Part shown: piece after piece, positions 52,401 to 64,000 of the stretch
Numbering within the stretch: position 1 is the first letter of the stretch
How the letters are laid out: each line of letters starts with the position of its first letter
Assembly (NCBI RefSeq): GCF_009914755.1
Contig: NC_060944.1
DNA: 64,000 nt
Origin: the human T2T-CHM13v2.0 reference genome, Homo sapiens
Strand: one strand, 5' to 3'
The notes under the pieces: generated by a model
What the model was told of the DNA's origin: nothing
The model's input: only the letters and a program-made list of their open reading frames with translations
Databases searched by the model: none
Translations under genes and position numbers: made by a program

Positions 52401-53601
52401 TGGAAACGGGAATATCTTCATATAAAATCTAGACAGAAGCATTCTCAGAAACTTCCTTGTGATGGTTGCATTCAAGTCACAGAGTTGAACATTCGGTTTC
52501 ATAGAGCAGGTTGGAAACACTCTTTTTCCATTCCCTGGAAGTGGACATTTGGAGCGCTTCGAGGCCTATGGTGAAAAAGGAAATATCTTCCCATAAAAAC
52601 TAGACAGAAGCATTCTCAGAAACTTATTTGTGATGTGTGTCTTCAACTAACAGAGTTGAACATTTCTTTTGAGAGAGCAGTTTTGAAACACTCTTTTTGT
52701 GGAACCTGCAAGTGGATATTTGGCTGGCTTTGACGATTTCGTTGGAAACGGGAATACATATAAAAAGCAGACAGCAGCGTTCTGAGAAACTTCTTGGTGA
52801 TGTTTGCATTCAAGTCACAGAATGGAACGTTCCCTTTCATAGAACAGGTTTGAAACACGCCTTTTGTCGTATCTGCAAGTGTCCATTTAGAGCGCATTCA
52901 GGCTTGTGTTGAAAAAGGAAATATCTTCCCATAAAAACTAGACAGAAGCATTCTCAGCAACTTGTTTGTGATGTGTGCCCTCTACTAACAGAGTTGAACC
53001 TTTCTTTTCATAGACTAGTTTTGAAACACTCTTTTTGTAGAATCTGGAGGAGGATATTTGCATAGCTTTGAGGATTTCGTTGGAAACGGGATTGTCTTCA
53101 GATATAATCCAGACAGAAGCACTCTCAGAAACTTTTTTGGGATGTTTGCATTCAAGTCACAGAGGAGAACATGCCTTTTCGTAGAGAAGTTTTCAAACAC
53201 TGTTTTTGTAGTATCTGAAAGTGGACATTTGGAGCGGTTTCAGGACTATGTTGAAAAAGCAAATATCTTCCCGGAACACCTGGACAGAAGCATTCTCAGA
53301 AGCTAGCCTCTGATGTGTGTCCTCAACTAACAGAGTTGAACATTTCTTTAGACAGAACAGTTTTGAAACACTCTTTTTGTGGAGTCTGCAAGTGGATATT
53401 TGGCTAGACTTGAGGATTTCGTTGGAAACGGGATTACGTGTAAAAAGCAGACTGCAGCATTCTCAGAAACTACTTTGTGATGTTTGCATTCAATTCACAG
53501 AATGGAACGTTCCCTTTCATAGAACAGGTTTGAAACACACCTTTTGTCGTATCTGGCAGTGTCCATTTGGAGCGCATTCAGGCTTTTGTTGAAAAAGGAA
53601 A

Positions 53602-53642
53602 TATCTTCCCATAAAAACTAGACAGAATCATATGGGAAGATA
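53602..53642. other. Inversion breakpoint in the HOR array (strand switch at 53630/53631)
   Basis: ...ATATCTTCCCATAAAAACTAGACAGAATCA|TATGGGAAGATAAGAGCTTTTTCGCCTTAGGCCGG...; the right side is the reverse complement of the end of m8. Confidence 0.96.
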
Positions 53643-56600
53643 AGAGCTTTTTCGCCTTAGGCCGGAAAGCGCTCCAAAGGTCCGCTTACAGACACTACAA
53701 AAAGAGTGTTTCAAACCTGCACTCTGAAAGGGAATGTTCAATTCAGAGACTTGAGTGCAAACATCAAAAAGAAGTTTCTGAGAATTGCTGCTGTCGGCTT
53801 TTTATTTGTAATCCCTTTTCCAACGAAATCCTCAAAGCTATCCAAATATCAACTTGCAGATCCTACAAAAAGAGTGTTTCAAAACTGCTCTATCAAAAGA
53901 AAGGTTCTACTCTGTTAGTTGAGGACACACATCACGAGTAAGTTTCTGAGAATGCTTATGTCTAGGTTTTATGGGAAGATAGGTCCTTTTTCACCTTAGG
54001 CCGGAAAGCGCTCCAAAAGTCCAATTACAGACACTACAAAAAGAGTGTTTCAAACCTGCTCTGTGAAAGGGAATGTTCAATTCTGAGACTTGAATGCAAA
54101 CATCACAACGAAGTTTCTGAGAATGCTGCTGTCTGCTTTTTATACGTAATCACGTTTCCAACGAAATCCTCAAATGTAGCCAAATATCCACTTGCAGACT
54201 CCACAAAAAGAGAGTTTCAAAACAGTTCTGTCTAAAGAAATGTTCAACTCTCTTAGCTGAGGACACACATCAGAGACTAGCTTCTGAGAATTCTTCTGTC
54301 CAGTTGTTACGGGAAGATATTTCCTTTTTCAACATAATCTTGAAACCGCTCCAAATGTCCACTTCCAGATACTACAAAAAGAGTGTTTCAAACCTTCTCT
54401 ACGAAAGGGCATGTTCTCCTCTGTGACTTGTATGCAAATCTCCCAAAGAAGTTGCTGAGAATGCTTCTGTCTGGATTTTATGTGAAGACAATCCCGTTTG
54501 CAAAGAAATCCTCAAATCTATGCAAATATTCAACTGCAGACTCTACAAACAGAGTGTTTCAAAACTGCTCTATGAAAAGAAAGGTTCAACTCTCTTAGTA
54601 GAGGGCACACAGCACAAACAAGTTGCTGAGAATGCTTCTGTCTAGTTTTTATGGGAAGATATTTCCTTTTTCAACACAAGCCTGAATGCGCTCCAAAGGG
54701 ACACTTCCAGATACGACAAAAGGAGTGTTTCAAACCTGTTCTATGAAAGGGAACGTTCCATTCTGTGAGTTGAATGCAAACATCACCAAGAAGTTTCTCA
54801 GAACGCTGCTGTCTGCTTTTTATATGTATTCCCGTTTCCAACGAAGTCGTCAAAGCCAGCCAAATATCCACTTGCAGATTCCACAAAAAGAGTGTTTCAA
54901 AACTGCTCTCTCAAAAGACATGTTCAACTCTGTCAGTTGAGGACACACATCACAAAGAAGTTTCTGAGAATGCTTCTGTCTAGTTTTTATGGGAAGATAT
55001 TTCCTTTTTCACCATAGGCCTCAAAGCGCTCCAAATGTCCACTTCCAGGGAATGGAAAAAGAGTGTTTCCAACCTGCTCTATGAAAGCCAATGTTCAACT
55101 CCGTGACTTGAATGCAACCATCACAAGGAAGTTTCTGAGAATGCTTCTGTCTAGATTTTATATGAAGATATTCCCGTTTCCAACGAAATCCTCAAAGCTA
55201 TCCAAATATCCACTTGGAGATTCTACAAAAAGAGTGTTTCAAAACTGCTCTATCAAAAGAATGGTTCTACTCTGTCAGTTGAGGACACACATCACGAGTA
55301 AATTTCTGAGAATGCTTCTGTCTAGTTTTCATGGGAAGATATGTCCTTTTTCACCTTAGGCCGGAAAGTGCTCCAAAAGTCCAGTTACAGACACTACAAA
55401 AAGAGTGTTTCAAACCTGCTCTGTGAAAGGGAATGTTCAATTCTCTGACTGGAATGCAAACATCACAAAGAAGTTGCTGAGAATGCTGCTGTCTGCTTTT
55501 TATACCTTATCCCGTTTCCAACGAAATCCTCAAATCTAGCCAAATATCCACTTGCAGACTCCACAAAAAGAGTGTTTCAAAACTGTACTGTCAAAAGAAA
55601 TGTTCAACTCTGTTAGTTGAGGACAGACATCAGAGACTAGCTTCTGAGAATGCTTCTGTCCAGTTGTTACGGAAAGATATTTCCTTTTTCAACATAGGCC
55701 TGAAACCGCTTCATATGTCCACTTCCAGATACTGCAAAGAGAGTGTTTCAAACCTTCTCTACGAAAGGGCATGTTCTCCTCTGTGACTTGTATGCAAATC
55801 TCCCAAAGAAGTTGCTGAGAATGCTTCTGTCTGGATTTTATGTGAAGACAATCCCGTTTCCAAAGAAATCCTCAAATCTATGCAAATATTCAACTGCAGA
55901 CTCTACAAACAGAGTGTTTCAAAACTGCTCTATGAAAAGAAAGGTTCAACTCTCATAGTAGAGGGCACACAGCACAAACAAGTTGCTGAGAATGCTTCTG
56001 TCTAGTTTTTATGGGAAGATATTTCCTTTTTCAACACAAGCCTGAATGCGCTCCAAATGGACACTTCCAGATACGACAAAAGGAGTGTTTCAAACCTGTT
56101 CTATGAAAGGGAACGTTCCATTCTGTGACTTGAATGCAAACATCACCAAGAAGTTTCTCAGAACGCTGCTGTCTGCTTTTTATATGTATTCCCGTTTCCA
56201 ACGAAGTCGTCAAAGCCAGCCAAATATCCACTTGCAGATTCCACAAAAAGAGTGTTTCAAAACTGCTCTCTCAAAAGAAATGTTCAACTGTGTCAGTTGA
56301 GGACATACATCACAAAGAAGTTTCTGAGAATGCTTCTGTCTAGTTTTTATGGGAAGATATTTCCTTTTTCACCGTAGGCCTCAAAGCGCTCCAAATGTCC
56401 ACTTCCAGGGAATGGAAAAAGAGTGTTTCCAACCTGCTCTATGAAAGCGAATGTTCAACTCCGTGACTTGAATGCAACCATCACAAGGAAGTTTCTGAGA
56501 ATGCTTCTGTCTAGATTTTATATGAAGATATTCCCGTTTCCAACGAAATCCTCAAATCTATCCAAATATCCGCTTGGAGATTCTACAAAAAGAGTGTTTC

Positions 56601-59600
56601 AAAACTGCTCTATCAAAAGAAAGGTTCTACTCCCTTAGTTGAGGACACACATCACGAGTAAGTTTCTGACAATGCTTCTGTCTGGTTTTTATGGGAAGAT
56701 ATGTCCTTTTTCACCTTAGGCCGGAAAGCGCTCCAAAAGTCCAGTTACAGACACTACAAAAAGAGTGTTTCAAACCTGCTCTGTGAAAGGGAATGTTCAA
56801 TTCTGTGACTTGAATGCAAATATCACAAAGAAGTTGCTGAGAATGCTGCTGTCTGCTTTTTATACCTTATCCCGTTTCCAACGAAATCCTCAAATCTAGC
56901 CAAATATCCACTTGCAGACTCCACAAAAACAGTGTTTCAAAACGGTACTGTCAAAAGAAATGTTCAACTCTGTTAGTTGAGGACACACATCAGAGACTAG
57001 CTTCTGAGAATGCTTCTGTCCAGTTGTTACGGGAAGATATTTCCTTTTCCAACATAGGCCTGAAACCGCTTCAAATGTCCACTTCCAGATACTGCAAAGA
57101 GAGTGTTTCAAACCTTCTCTACGAAAGGGCATTTTCTCCTCTGTGACGTCAATGCAAACATCCCAAAGAAGTTTCTGAGAATGCTTCTGTCTGGATTTTA
57201 TCTGAAGACAATCCCGTTTCCAAAGAAATCCTCAAAGATATGCAAATATGCTCCTGCAGATTCTACAAAAAGAGTGTTTCAAAACTGCTCTATGAAAAGA
57301 AAGGTTCGACTCTGTTAGTAGAGGGCACACATCACAAACAAGTTGCCGAGAATGATTCTGTCTGGTTTTTATGGGAAGATATTTCCTTTTCCAACACAAG
57401 CCTGAATGCGCTCCAAATGGACACTTCCAGATACGACAAAAGGAGTGTTTCAAAGCTGTTCTATGAAAGGGAACCTTCCATTGTGTGACTTGAATGCAAA
57501 CATCACCAAGTAGTTTCTCAGAACGCTGCTGTCTGCTTTTTATATGTATTCCTGTGTCCAACGAAATCGTCAAAGCCAGCCAAATATCCACTTGCAGGTT
57601 CCACAAAAAGAGTGTTTCAAAACTGCTCTCTCAAAAGACATGTTCAACTCTGTCAGTTGAGGACACACATCACAAAGAAGTTTCTGAGAATGCTTCTGTC
57701 TAGTTTTTATGGGAAGATATTTCCTTTTTCACCATAGGCCTCAAAGCGCTCCAAATGTCCACTTCCAGGGAATGGAAAAAGAGTGTTTCCAACCTGCTCT
57801 ATGAAAGCGAATGTTCAACTCCGTGACTTGAATGCAACCATCACAAGGAAGTTTCTGAGAATGCTTCTGTCTAGATTTTATATGAAGATATTCCCGTTTC
57901 CAACGAAATCCTCAAAGCTATCCAAATATTCACTTGGAGATTCTTCAAAAAGAGTGTTTCAAAACTGCTCTATCAAAAGAAAGGTTCTACTCCCTTAGAT
58001 GAGGACACACATCACGAGTAAGGTTCTGACAATGCTTCTGTCTAGTTTTTATGGGAAGATATGTCCTTTTTCACTTTAGGCCGGAAAGCGCTCCAAAAGT
58101 CCAGTTACAGACAATACAAAAAGAGTGTTTCAACCCTGCTCTGTGAAAGGGAATGTTGAATTCTGTGACTTGAATGCAAACATCACAAAGAAGTTGCTGA
58201 GAATGCTGCTGTCTGCTTTTTATACGTAATCCCGTTTCCAACGAAATCCTCAAATCTAGCCAAATATCCACTTGCAGACTCCACAAAAACAGTGTTTCAA
58301 AACTGTACTGTCAAAAGAAATGTTCAACTCTGTTAGTTGAGGACACACATCAGAGACTAGCTTCTGAGAATACTTCTGTCCAGTTGTTACGGGAAGATAT
58401 TTCCTTTTTCAACATAGGCCTGAAACCGCTTCAAATGTCCACTTCCAGATCCTGCAAAGAGAGTGTTTCAAACCTTCTCTACGAAAGGGCATGTTCTCCT
58501 CTGTGACGTCAATGCAAACATCCCAAAGAAGTTTCTGAGAATGCTTCTGTCTGGATTTTATCTGAAGACAATCCCGTTTCCAAAGAAATCCTCAAAGATA
58601 TGCAAATATGCTCCTGCAGATTCTACAAAAAGAGTGTTTCAAAACTGCTCTATGAAAGGAAAGGTTCGACTCTGTTAGTAGAGGGCACACATCACAAACA
58701 AGTTGCCGAGAATGCTTCTGTCTGGTTTTTATGGGAAGATATTTCCTTTTTCAACGGAGGCCGGAATGCGCTCCAAATGGACACTTCGAGATATGACAAA
58801 AGGAGTGTTTCAAACATGTTCTATGAAAGGGAACGTTCCATTCTGTGACTTGAATGCAAACATCACCAAGTAGTTTCTCAGAACGCTGCTGTCTGCTTTT
58901 TATATGTATTCCCGTGTCCAAGGAAATAGTCAAAGCCAGCCAAATATCCACTTGCAGGATCCACAAAAAGAGTGTTTCAAAACTGCTCTCTCAAAAGACA
59001 TGTTCAACTCTGTCAGTTGAAGACACACATCACAAAGAAGTTTGTGAGAATGCTTCTGTCTAGTTTTTATGGGAAGATATTTCCTTTCTCACCATAGGCC
59101 TCAAAGCGCTCCAAATGTCCACTTCCAGGGAATGGAAAAAGAGTGTTTCCAACCTGCTCTATGAAAGCGAATGTTCAACTCCGTGACTTGAATGCAACCA
59201 TCACAAGGAAGTTTCTGAGAATGCTTCTGTCTAGATTTTATATGAAGATATTCCCGTTTCCAACGAAATCCTCAAAGCTATCCAAATATTCACTTGGAGA
59301 TTCTTCAAAAAGAGTGTTTCAAAACTGCTCTATCAAAAGAAAGGTTCTACTCCCTTAGATGAGGACACACATCACGAGTAAGGTTCTGACAATGCTTCTG
59401 TCTAGTTTTTATGGGAAGATATGTCCTTTTTCACTTTAGGCCGGAAAGCGCTCCAAAAGTCCAGTTACAGACACTACAAAAAGAGTGTTTCAACCCTGCT
59501 CTGTGAAAGGGAATGTTGAATTCTGTGACTTGAATGCAAACATCACAAAGAAGTTGCTGAGAATGCTGCTGTCTGCTTTTTATACCTTATCCCGTTTCCA

Positions 59601-62600
59601 ACGAAATCCTCAAATCTAGCCAAATATCCACTTGCAGACTCCACAAAAACAGTGTTTCAAAACAGTACTGTCAAAAGAAATGTTCAACTCTGTTAGTTGA
59701 GGACACACATCAGAGACTAGCTTCTGAGAATACTTCTGTCCAGTTGTTACGGGAAGATATTTCCTTTTTCAACATAGGCCTGAAACCGCTTCAAATGTCC
59801 ACTTCCAGATCCTGCAAAGAGAGTGTTTCAAACCTTCTCTACGAAAGGGCATGTTCTCCTCTGTGACGTCAATGCAAACATCCCAAAGAAGTTTCTGAGA
59901 ATGCTTCTGTCTGGATTTTATCTGAAGACAATCCCGTTTCCAAAGAAATCCTCAAAGATATGCAAATATGCTCCTGCAGATTCTACAAAAAGAGTGTTTC
60001 AAAACTGCTCTATGAAAAGAAAGGTTCGACTCTGTTAGTAGAGGGCACACATCACAAACAAGTTGCCGAGAATGCTTCTGTCTGGTTTTTATGGGAAGAT
60101 ATTTCCTTTTTCAACGCAAGCCGGAATGCGCTCCAAATGGACACTTCCAGATACGACAAAAGGAGTGTTTCAAACATGTTCTATGAAAGGGAACGTTCCA
60201 TTCTGTGACTTGAATGCAAACATCACCAAGTACTTTCTCAGAAAGCTGCTGTCTGCTTTTTATATGTATTCCCGTGTCCAAGGAAATAGTCAAAGCCAGC
60301 CAAATATCCACTTGCAGGTTCCACAAAAAGAGTGTTTCAAAACTGCTCTCTCAAAAGACATGTTCAACTCTGTCAGTTGAGGACACACATCACAAAGAAG
60401 TTTGTGAGAATGCTTCTGTCTAGTTTTTATGGGAAGATATTTCCTTTCTCACCATAGGCCTCAAAGCGCTCCAAATGTCCACTTCCAGGGAATGGAAAAA
60501 GAGTGTTTCCAACCTGCTCTATGAAAGCGAATGTTCAACTCCGTGACTTGAATGCAACCATCACAAGGAAGTTTCTGAGAATGCTTCTGTCTAGATTTTA
60601 TATGAAGATATTCCCGTTTCCAACGAAATCCTCAAATCTATCCAAATATCCATTTGGAGATTCTACAAAAAGAGTGTTTCAAAACTGCTCTATCAAAAGA
60701 AAGTTTCTACTCCGTCAGTTGAGGACACACATCACGAGTAAGTTTCTGAGAATGATTCTGTCTAGTTTTTATGGGAAGATATGTCCTTTTTCACTTTAGG
60801 CCGGAAAGCGCTCCAAAAGTCCAGTTACAGACACTACAAAAAGAGTGTTTCAACCCTGCTCTGTGAAAGGGAATGTTGAATTCTGTGACTTGAATGCAAA
60901 CATCACAAAGAAGTTGCTGAGAATGCTGCTGTCTGCTTTTTATACCTTATCCCGTTTCCAACGAAATCCTCAAATCTAGCCAAATATCCACTTGCAGACT
61001 CCACAAAAACAGTGTTTCAAAACAGTACTGTCAAAAGAAATGTTCAACTCTGTTAGTTGAGGACACACATCAGAGACTAGCTTCTGAGAATACTTCTGTC
61101 CAGTTGTTACGGGAAGATATTTCCTTTTTCAACATAGGCCTGAAACCGCTTCAAATGTCCACTTCCAGATCCTGCAAAGAGAGTGTTTCAAACCTTCTCT
61201 ACGAAAGGGCATGTTCTCCTCTGTGACGTCAATGCAAACATCCCAAAGAAGTTTCTGAGAATGCTTCTGTCTGGATTTTATCTGAAGACAATCCCGTTTC
61301 CAAAGAAATCCTCAAAGATATGCAAATATGCTCCTGCAGATTCTACAAAAAGAGTGTTTCAAAACTGCTCTATGAAAAGAAAGGTTCGACTCTGTTAGTA
61401 GAGGGCACACATCACAAACAAGTTGCCGAGAATGCTTCTGTCTGGTTTTTATGGGAAGATATTTCCTTTTTCAACGCAAGCCGGAATGCGCTCCAAATGG
61501 ACACTTCCAGATACGACAAAAGGAGTGTTTCAAACATGTTCTATGAAAGGGAACGTTCCATTCTGTGACTTGAATGCAAACATCACCAAGTACTTTCTCA
61601 GAAAGCTGCTGTCTGCTTTTTATATGTATTCCCGTGTCCAAGGAAATAGTCAAAGCCAGCCAAATATCCACTTGCAGGTTCCACAAAAAGAGTGTTTCAA
61701 AACTGCTCTCTCAAAAGACATGTTCAACTCTGTCAGTTGAGGACACACATCACAAAGAAGTTTGTGAGAATGCTTCTGTCTAGTTTTTATGGGAAGATAT
61801 TTCCTTTCTCACCATAGGCCTCAAAGCGCTCCAAATGTCCACTTCCAGGGAATGGAAAAAGAGTGTTTCCAACCTGCTCTATGAAAGCGAATGTTCAACT
61901 CCGTGACTTGAATGCAACCATCACAAGGAAGTTTCTGAGAATGCTTCTGTCTAGATTTTATATGAAGATATTCCCGTTTCCAACGAAATCCTCAAATCTA
62001 TCCAAATATCCATTTGGAGATTCTACAAAAAGAGTGTTTCAAAACTGCTCTATCAAAAGAAAGTTTCTACTCCGTCAGTTGAGGACACACATCACGAGTA
62101 AGTTTCTGAGAATGATTCTGTCTAGTTTTTATGGGAAGATATGTCCTTTTTCACCTTAGGCCGGAAAACGCTCCAAAAGTCCAGTTACAGACACTACAAA
62201 AAGAGTGTTTCAAACCTGCTCTGTGAAAGGGAATGTTCAATTCTGTGACTTGAATGCAAACATCACAAAGAAGTTGCTGAGAATGCTGCTGTCTGCTTTT
62301 TATACCTTATCCCGTTTCCAACGGAATAATCAAATCTAGCCAAATATCCACTTGCAGACTCCACAAAAAGAGTGTTTCAAAACTGTACTGTCAAAAGAAA
62401 TGTTCAACTCTGTTAGTTGAGGACACACATCAGAGACTAGTTTCTGAGAATGCTTCTGTCCAGTTGTTACGGGAAGATATTTCCTTTTTCAACATAGGCC
62501 TGTAACCGCTTCAAATGTCCACTTCCAGATACTGCAAAGAGAGTGTTTCAAACCTTCTCTACGAAAGGGCATGTTCTCCTCTGTGACTTGTAGGCAAATC

Positions 62601-64000
62601 TCCCAAAGAAGCTGCTGAGAATGCTTCTGTCTGGATTTTATGTGAAGACAATCCCGTTTCCAACGAAATCCTCAAATCTATGCAAATATCCAACTGCAGA
62701 CTCTACAAACAGAGTGTTTCAAAACTGCTCTATGAAAAGAAAGTTTCAACTCTCTTAGTAGAGGGCACACAGCACAAACAAGTTGCTGAGAATGCTTCTG
62801 TCTAGTTTTTATGGGAAGATATTTCCTTTTTCAACACAAGCCTGAATGCGCTCCAAAGGGACACTTCTAGATACGACAAAAGGAGTGTTTCAAACCTGTT
62901 CTATGAAGGGGAACGTTCCATTCTGTGACTTGAATGCAAACGTCACCAAGAAGTTTCTCAGAACGCTGCTGTCTGCTTTTTATATGTATTCCCATTTCCA
63001 ACGAAGTCGTCAAATCCAGCCAAATATCCACTTGCAGATTCCACAAAAAGAGTGTTTCAAAACTGCTCTCTCAAAAGAAATGTTCAACTGTGTCAGTTGA
63101 GGACACACATCACAAAGAAGTTTCTGAGAATGCTTCTGTCTAGTTTTTATGGGAAGATATTTCCTTTTTCACCATAGGCCTCAAAGCACTCCACATGTCC
63201 ACTTCCAGGGAATGGAAAAAGAGTGTTTCCAACCTGCTCTATGAAAGCGAATGTTCAACTCCGTGACTTGAATGCAACCATCACAAGGAAGTTTCTGAGA
63301 ATGCTTCTGTCTAGATTTTATATGAAGATATTCCCGTTTCCAACGAAATCCTCAAATCTATCCAAATATACATTTGGAGATTCTACAAAAAGAGTGTTTC
63401 AAAACTGCTCTATCAAAAGAAAGGTTCTACTCCGTCAGTTGAGGACACACATCACGAGTAAGTTTCCGAGAATGATTCTGTCTAGTTTTTATGGGAAGAT
63501 ATGTCATTTTTCACCTTAGGCCGGAAAGCGCTCCAAAAGTCCAGTTACAGACACTACAAAAAGAGTGTTTCAAACCTGCTCTGTGAAAGGGAATGTTCAA
63601 TTCTGTGACTTGAATGCAAACATCACAAAGAAGTTGCTGAGAATGCTGCTGTCTGCTTTTTATACCTTATCCCGTTTCCAACGGAATCCTCAAATCTAGC
63701 CAAATATCCACTTGCAGACTCCACAAAAAGAGTGTTTCAAAACTGTACTCTCCAAAGAAATGTTCAAATCTGTTAGTTGAGGACACACGTCAGAGACTAG
63801 CTTGTGAGAATGCTTCTGTCCAGTTGTTACGGGAAGATATTTCCTTTTTCAACATAGGCCTGAAACCGCTTCAAATGTCCACTTCCAGATACTCCAAAGA
63901 GAGTGTTTCAAACCTTCTCTACGAAAGGGCATGTTCTCCTCTGTGACGTCAATGCAAACATCCCAAACAAGTTTCTGAGAATGCTTCTGTCTGGATTTTA
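53631..64000 (-). repeat. Alpha-satellite 8-mer HOR array (1360-bp unit), inverted orientation, ~7.6 units
   Basis: Reverse-complement motifs (GTTTCTGAGAATGCTTCTGTCTAG, TCCCGTTTCCAACGAAA) start at 53631. Homologous pseudo-ORFs recur at an exact 1360-bp spacing: 55063, 56423, 57783, 59143, 60503, 61863, 63223. Confidence 0.97.
55172..55188 (-). promoter_or_regulatory. CENP-B box (example, HOR monomer m1, inverted arm)
   Basis: TCCCGTTTCCAACGAAA is the reverse complement of the canonical box and recurs intact every 1360 bp to ~63.3 kb. Confidence 0.9.

Larger units (their letters stand above)
1..53630 (+). repeat. Alpha-satellite (alphoid) tandem array, ~171-bp monomers, forward orientation
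   Basis: CATTCTCAGAAACTT..GTGATG...CACAGAGTTGAAC...GAGCAG.TTTGAAACACTCTTTTTGTAG recurs every ~170 bp without interruption, with mostly alternating A-box and B-box monomers. Confidence 0.99.
33221..53630 (+). repeat. SF2-like 8-mer HOR array (~1360 bp) with shortened and lengthened structural variants
   Basis: Eight diagnostic monomers recur in order: m1 CTTACTCGTG..GGAGTAGAAC; m2 CCTTGTGATGGTTGC..CCATTCCCTGG; m3 GGCTGGCTTTGACG; m4 GAATGGAACGTTCC; m5 GCCCTCTACTAAC..GCAGGAGG; m6 GAGGAGAACATGCC; m7 GAAGCTAGTCTC; m8 CCGGCCTAAGG..GGACATATC. m1 starts near 33221, 34581, 37641, 39001, 40361, 41721, 44101. Confidence 0.93.

Noticed and set aside
60-63519. Hundreds of 60-130 aa ORFs with recurring peptides (KKFLRMLLS, KYPLADSTKRVFQNCS)
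   Set aside because: They are translations of satellite monomers. They recur at 340/1360/5100-bp periods, flip strand at the inversion, overlap in several frames and are freely broken by indels.
1-64000. CRISPR-like repeat-spacer array
   Set aside because: The sequence between conserved motifs is itself homologous from unit to unit, so there are no unique spacers, and there are no cas genes.
1-64000. L1/Alu or other mobile element insertion, including at the inversion junction
   Set aside because: I saw no non-alphoid segment, poly-A tail or target-site duplication. The monomer register continues throughout.
43260-64000. Perfect giant palindrome or read fold-back artefact centred at 53630
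   Set aside because: The arms are not mirror copies. HOR phase differs at the junction (m4-type end versus m8 end), and private variants and structural variants differ between arms.
33221-64000. Calling this the active kinetochore-forming array
   Set aside because: Activity cannot be read from sequence. Visible unit-to-unit divergence, many broken CENP-B boxes and the position next to divergent layers suggest an edge or inactive HOR.

Overview
The whole 64 kb window is primate centromeric alpha-satellite DNA made of ~171-bp monomers. A-type monomers (pJalpha box, ...GGCCTATGGTGAAAAAGGAAATATC...) mostly alternate with B-type monomers (CENP-B box, TTTCGTTGGAAACGGGA), which points to human or another great ape. 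I found no genes, RNA genes or L1/Alu insertions; the ORF track only reflects satellite periodicity. The array gets more homogeneous from left to right: (1) ~1-6.6 kb older, SF5-like divergent monomers; (2) ~6.6-33.2 kb divergent SF2-like dimeric satellite with relic local duplications; (3) ~33.2-53.63 kb a plus-strand 8-mer (1360 bp) higher-order repeat (HOR) with structural variants and a near-identical 5100-bp tandem duplication; (4) after a sharp inversion junction at 53630/53631, the same HOR on the minus strand with an exact 1360-bp period. The most notable observations are the fold-back-like inversion junction, two short patches of modern HOR sequence embedded 16-30 kb away in the old layers (probable gene conversion), complementary CENP-B box loss on the two arms, and a perfected hairpin at 24.3 kb. 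The SF2 call and a chr20-like origin come from recalled consensus features, not a search. I see no evidence of a new coding system.
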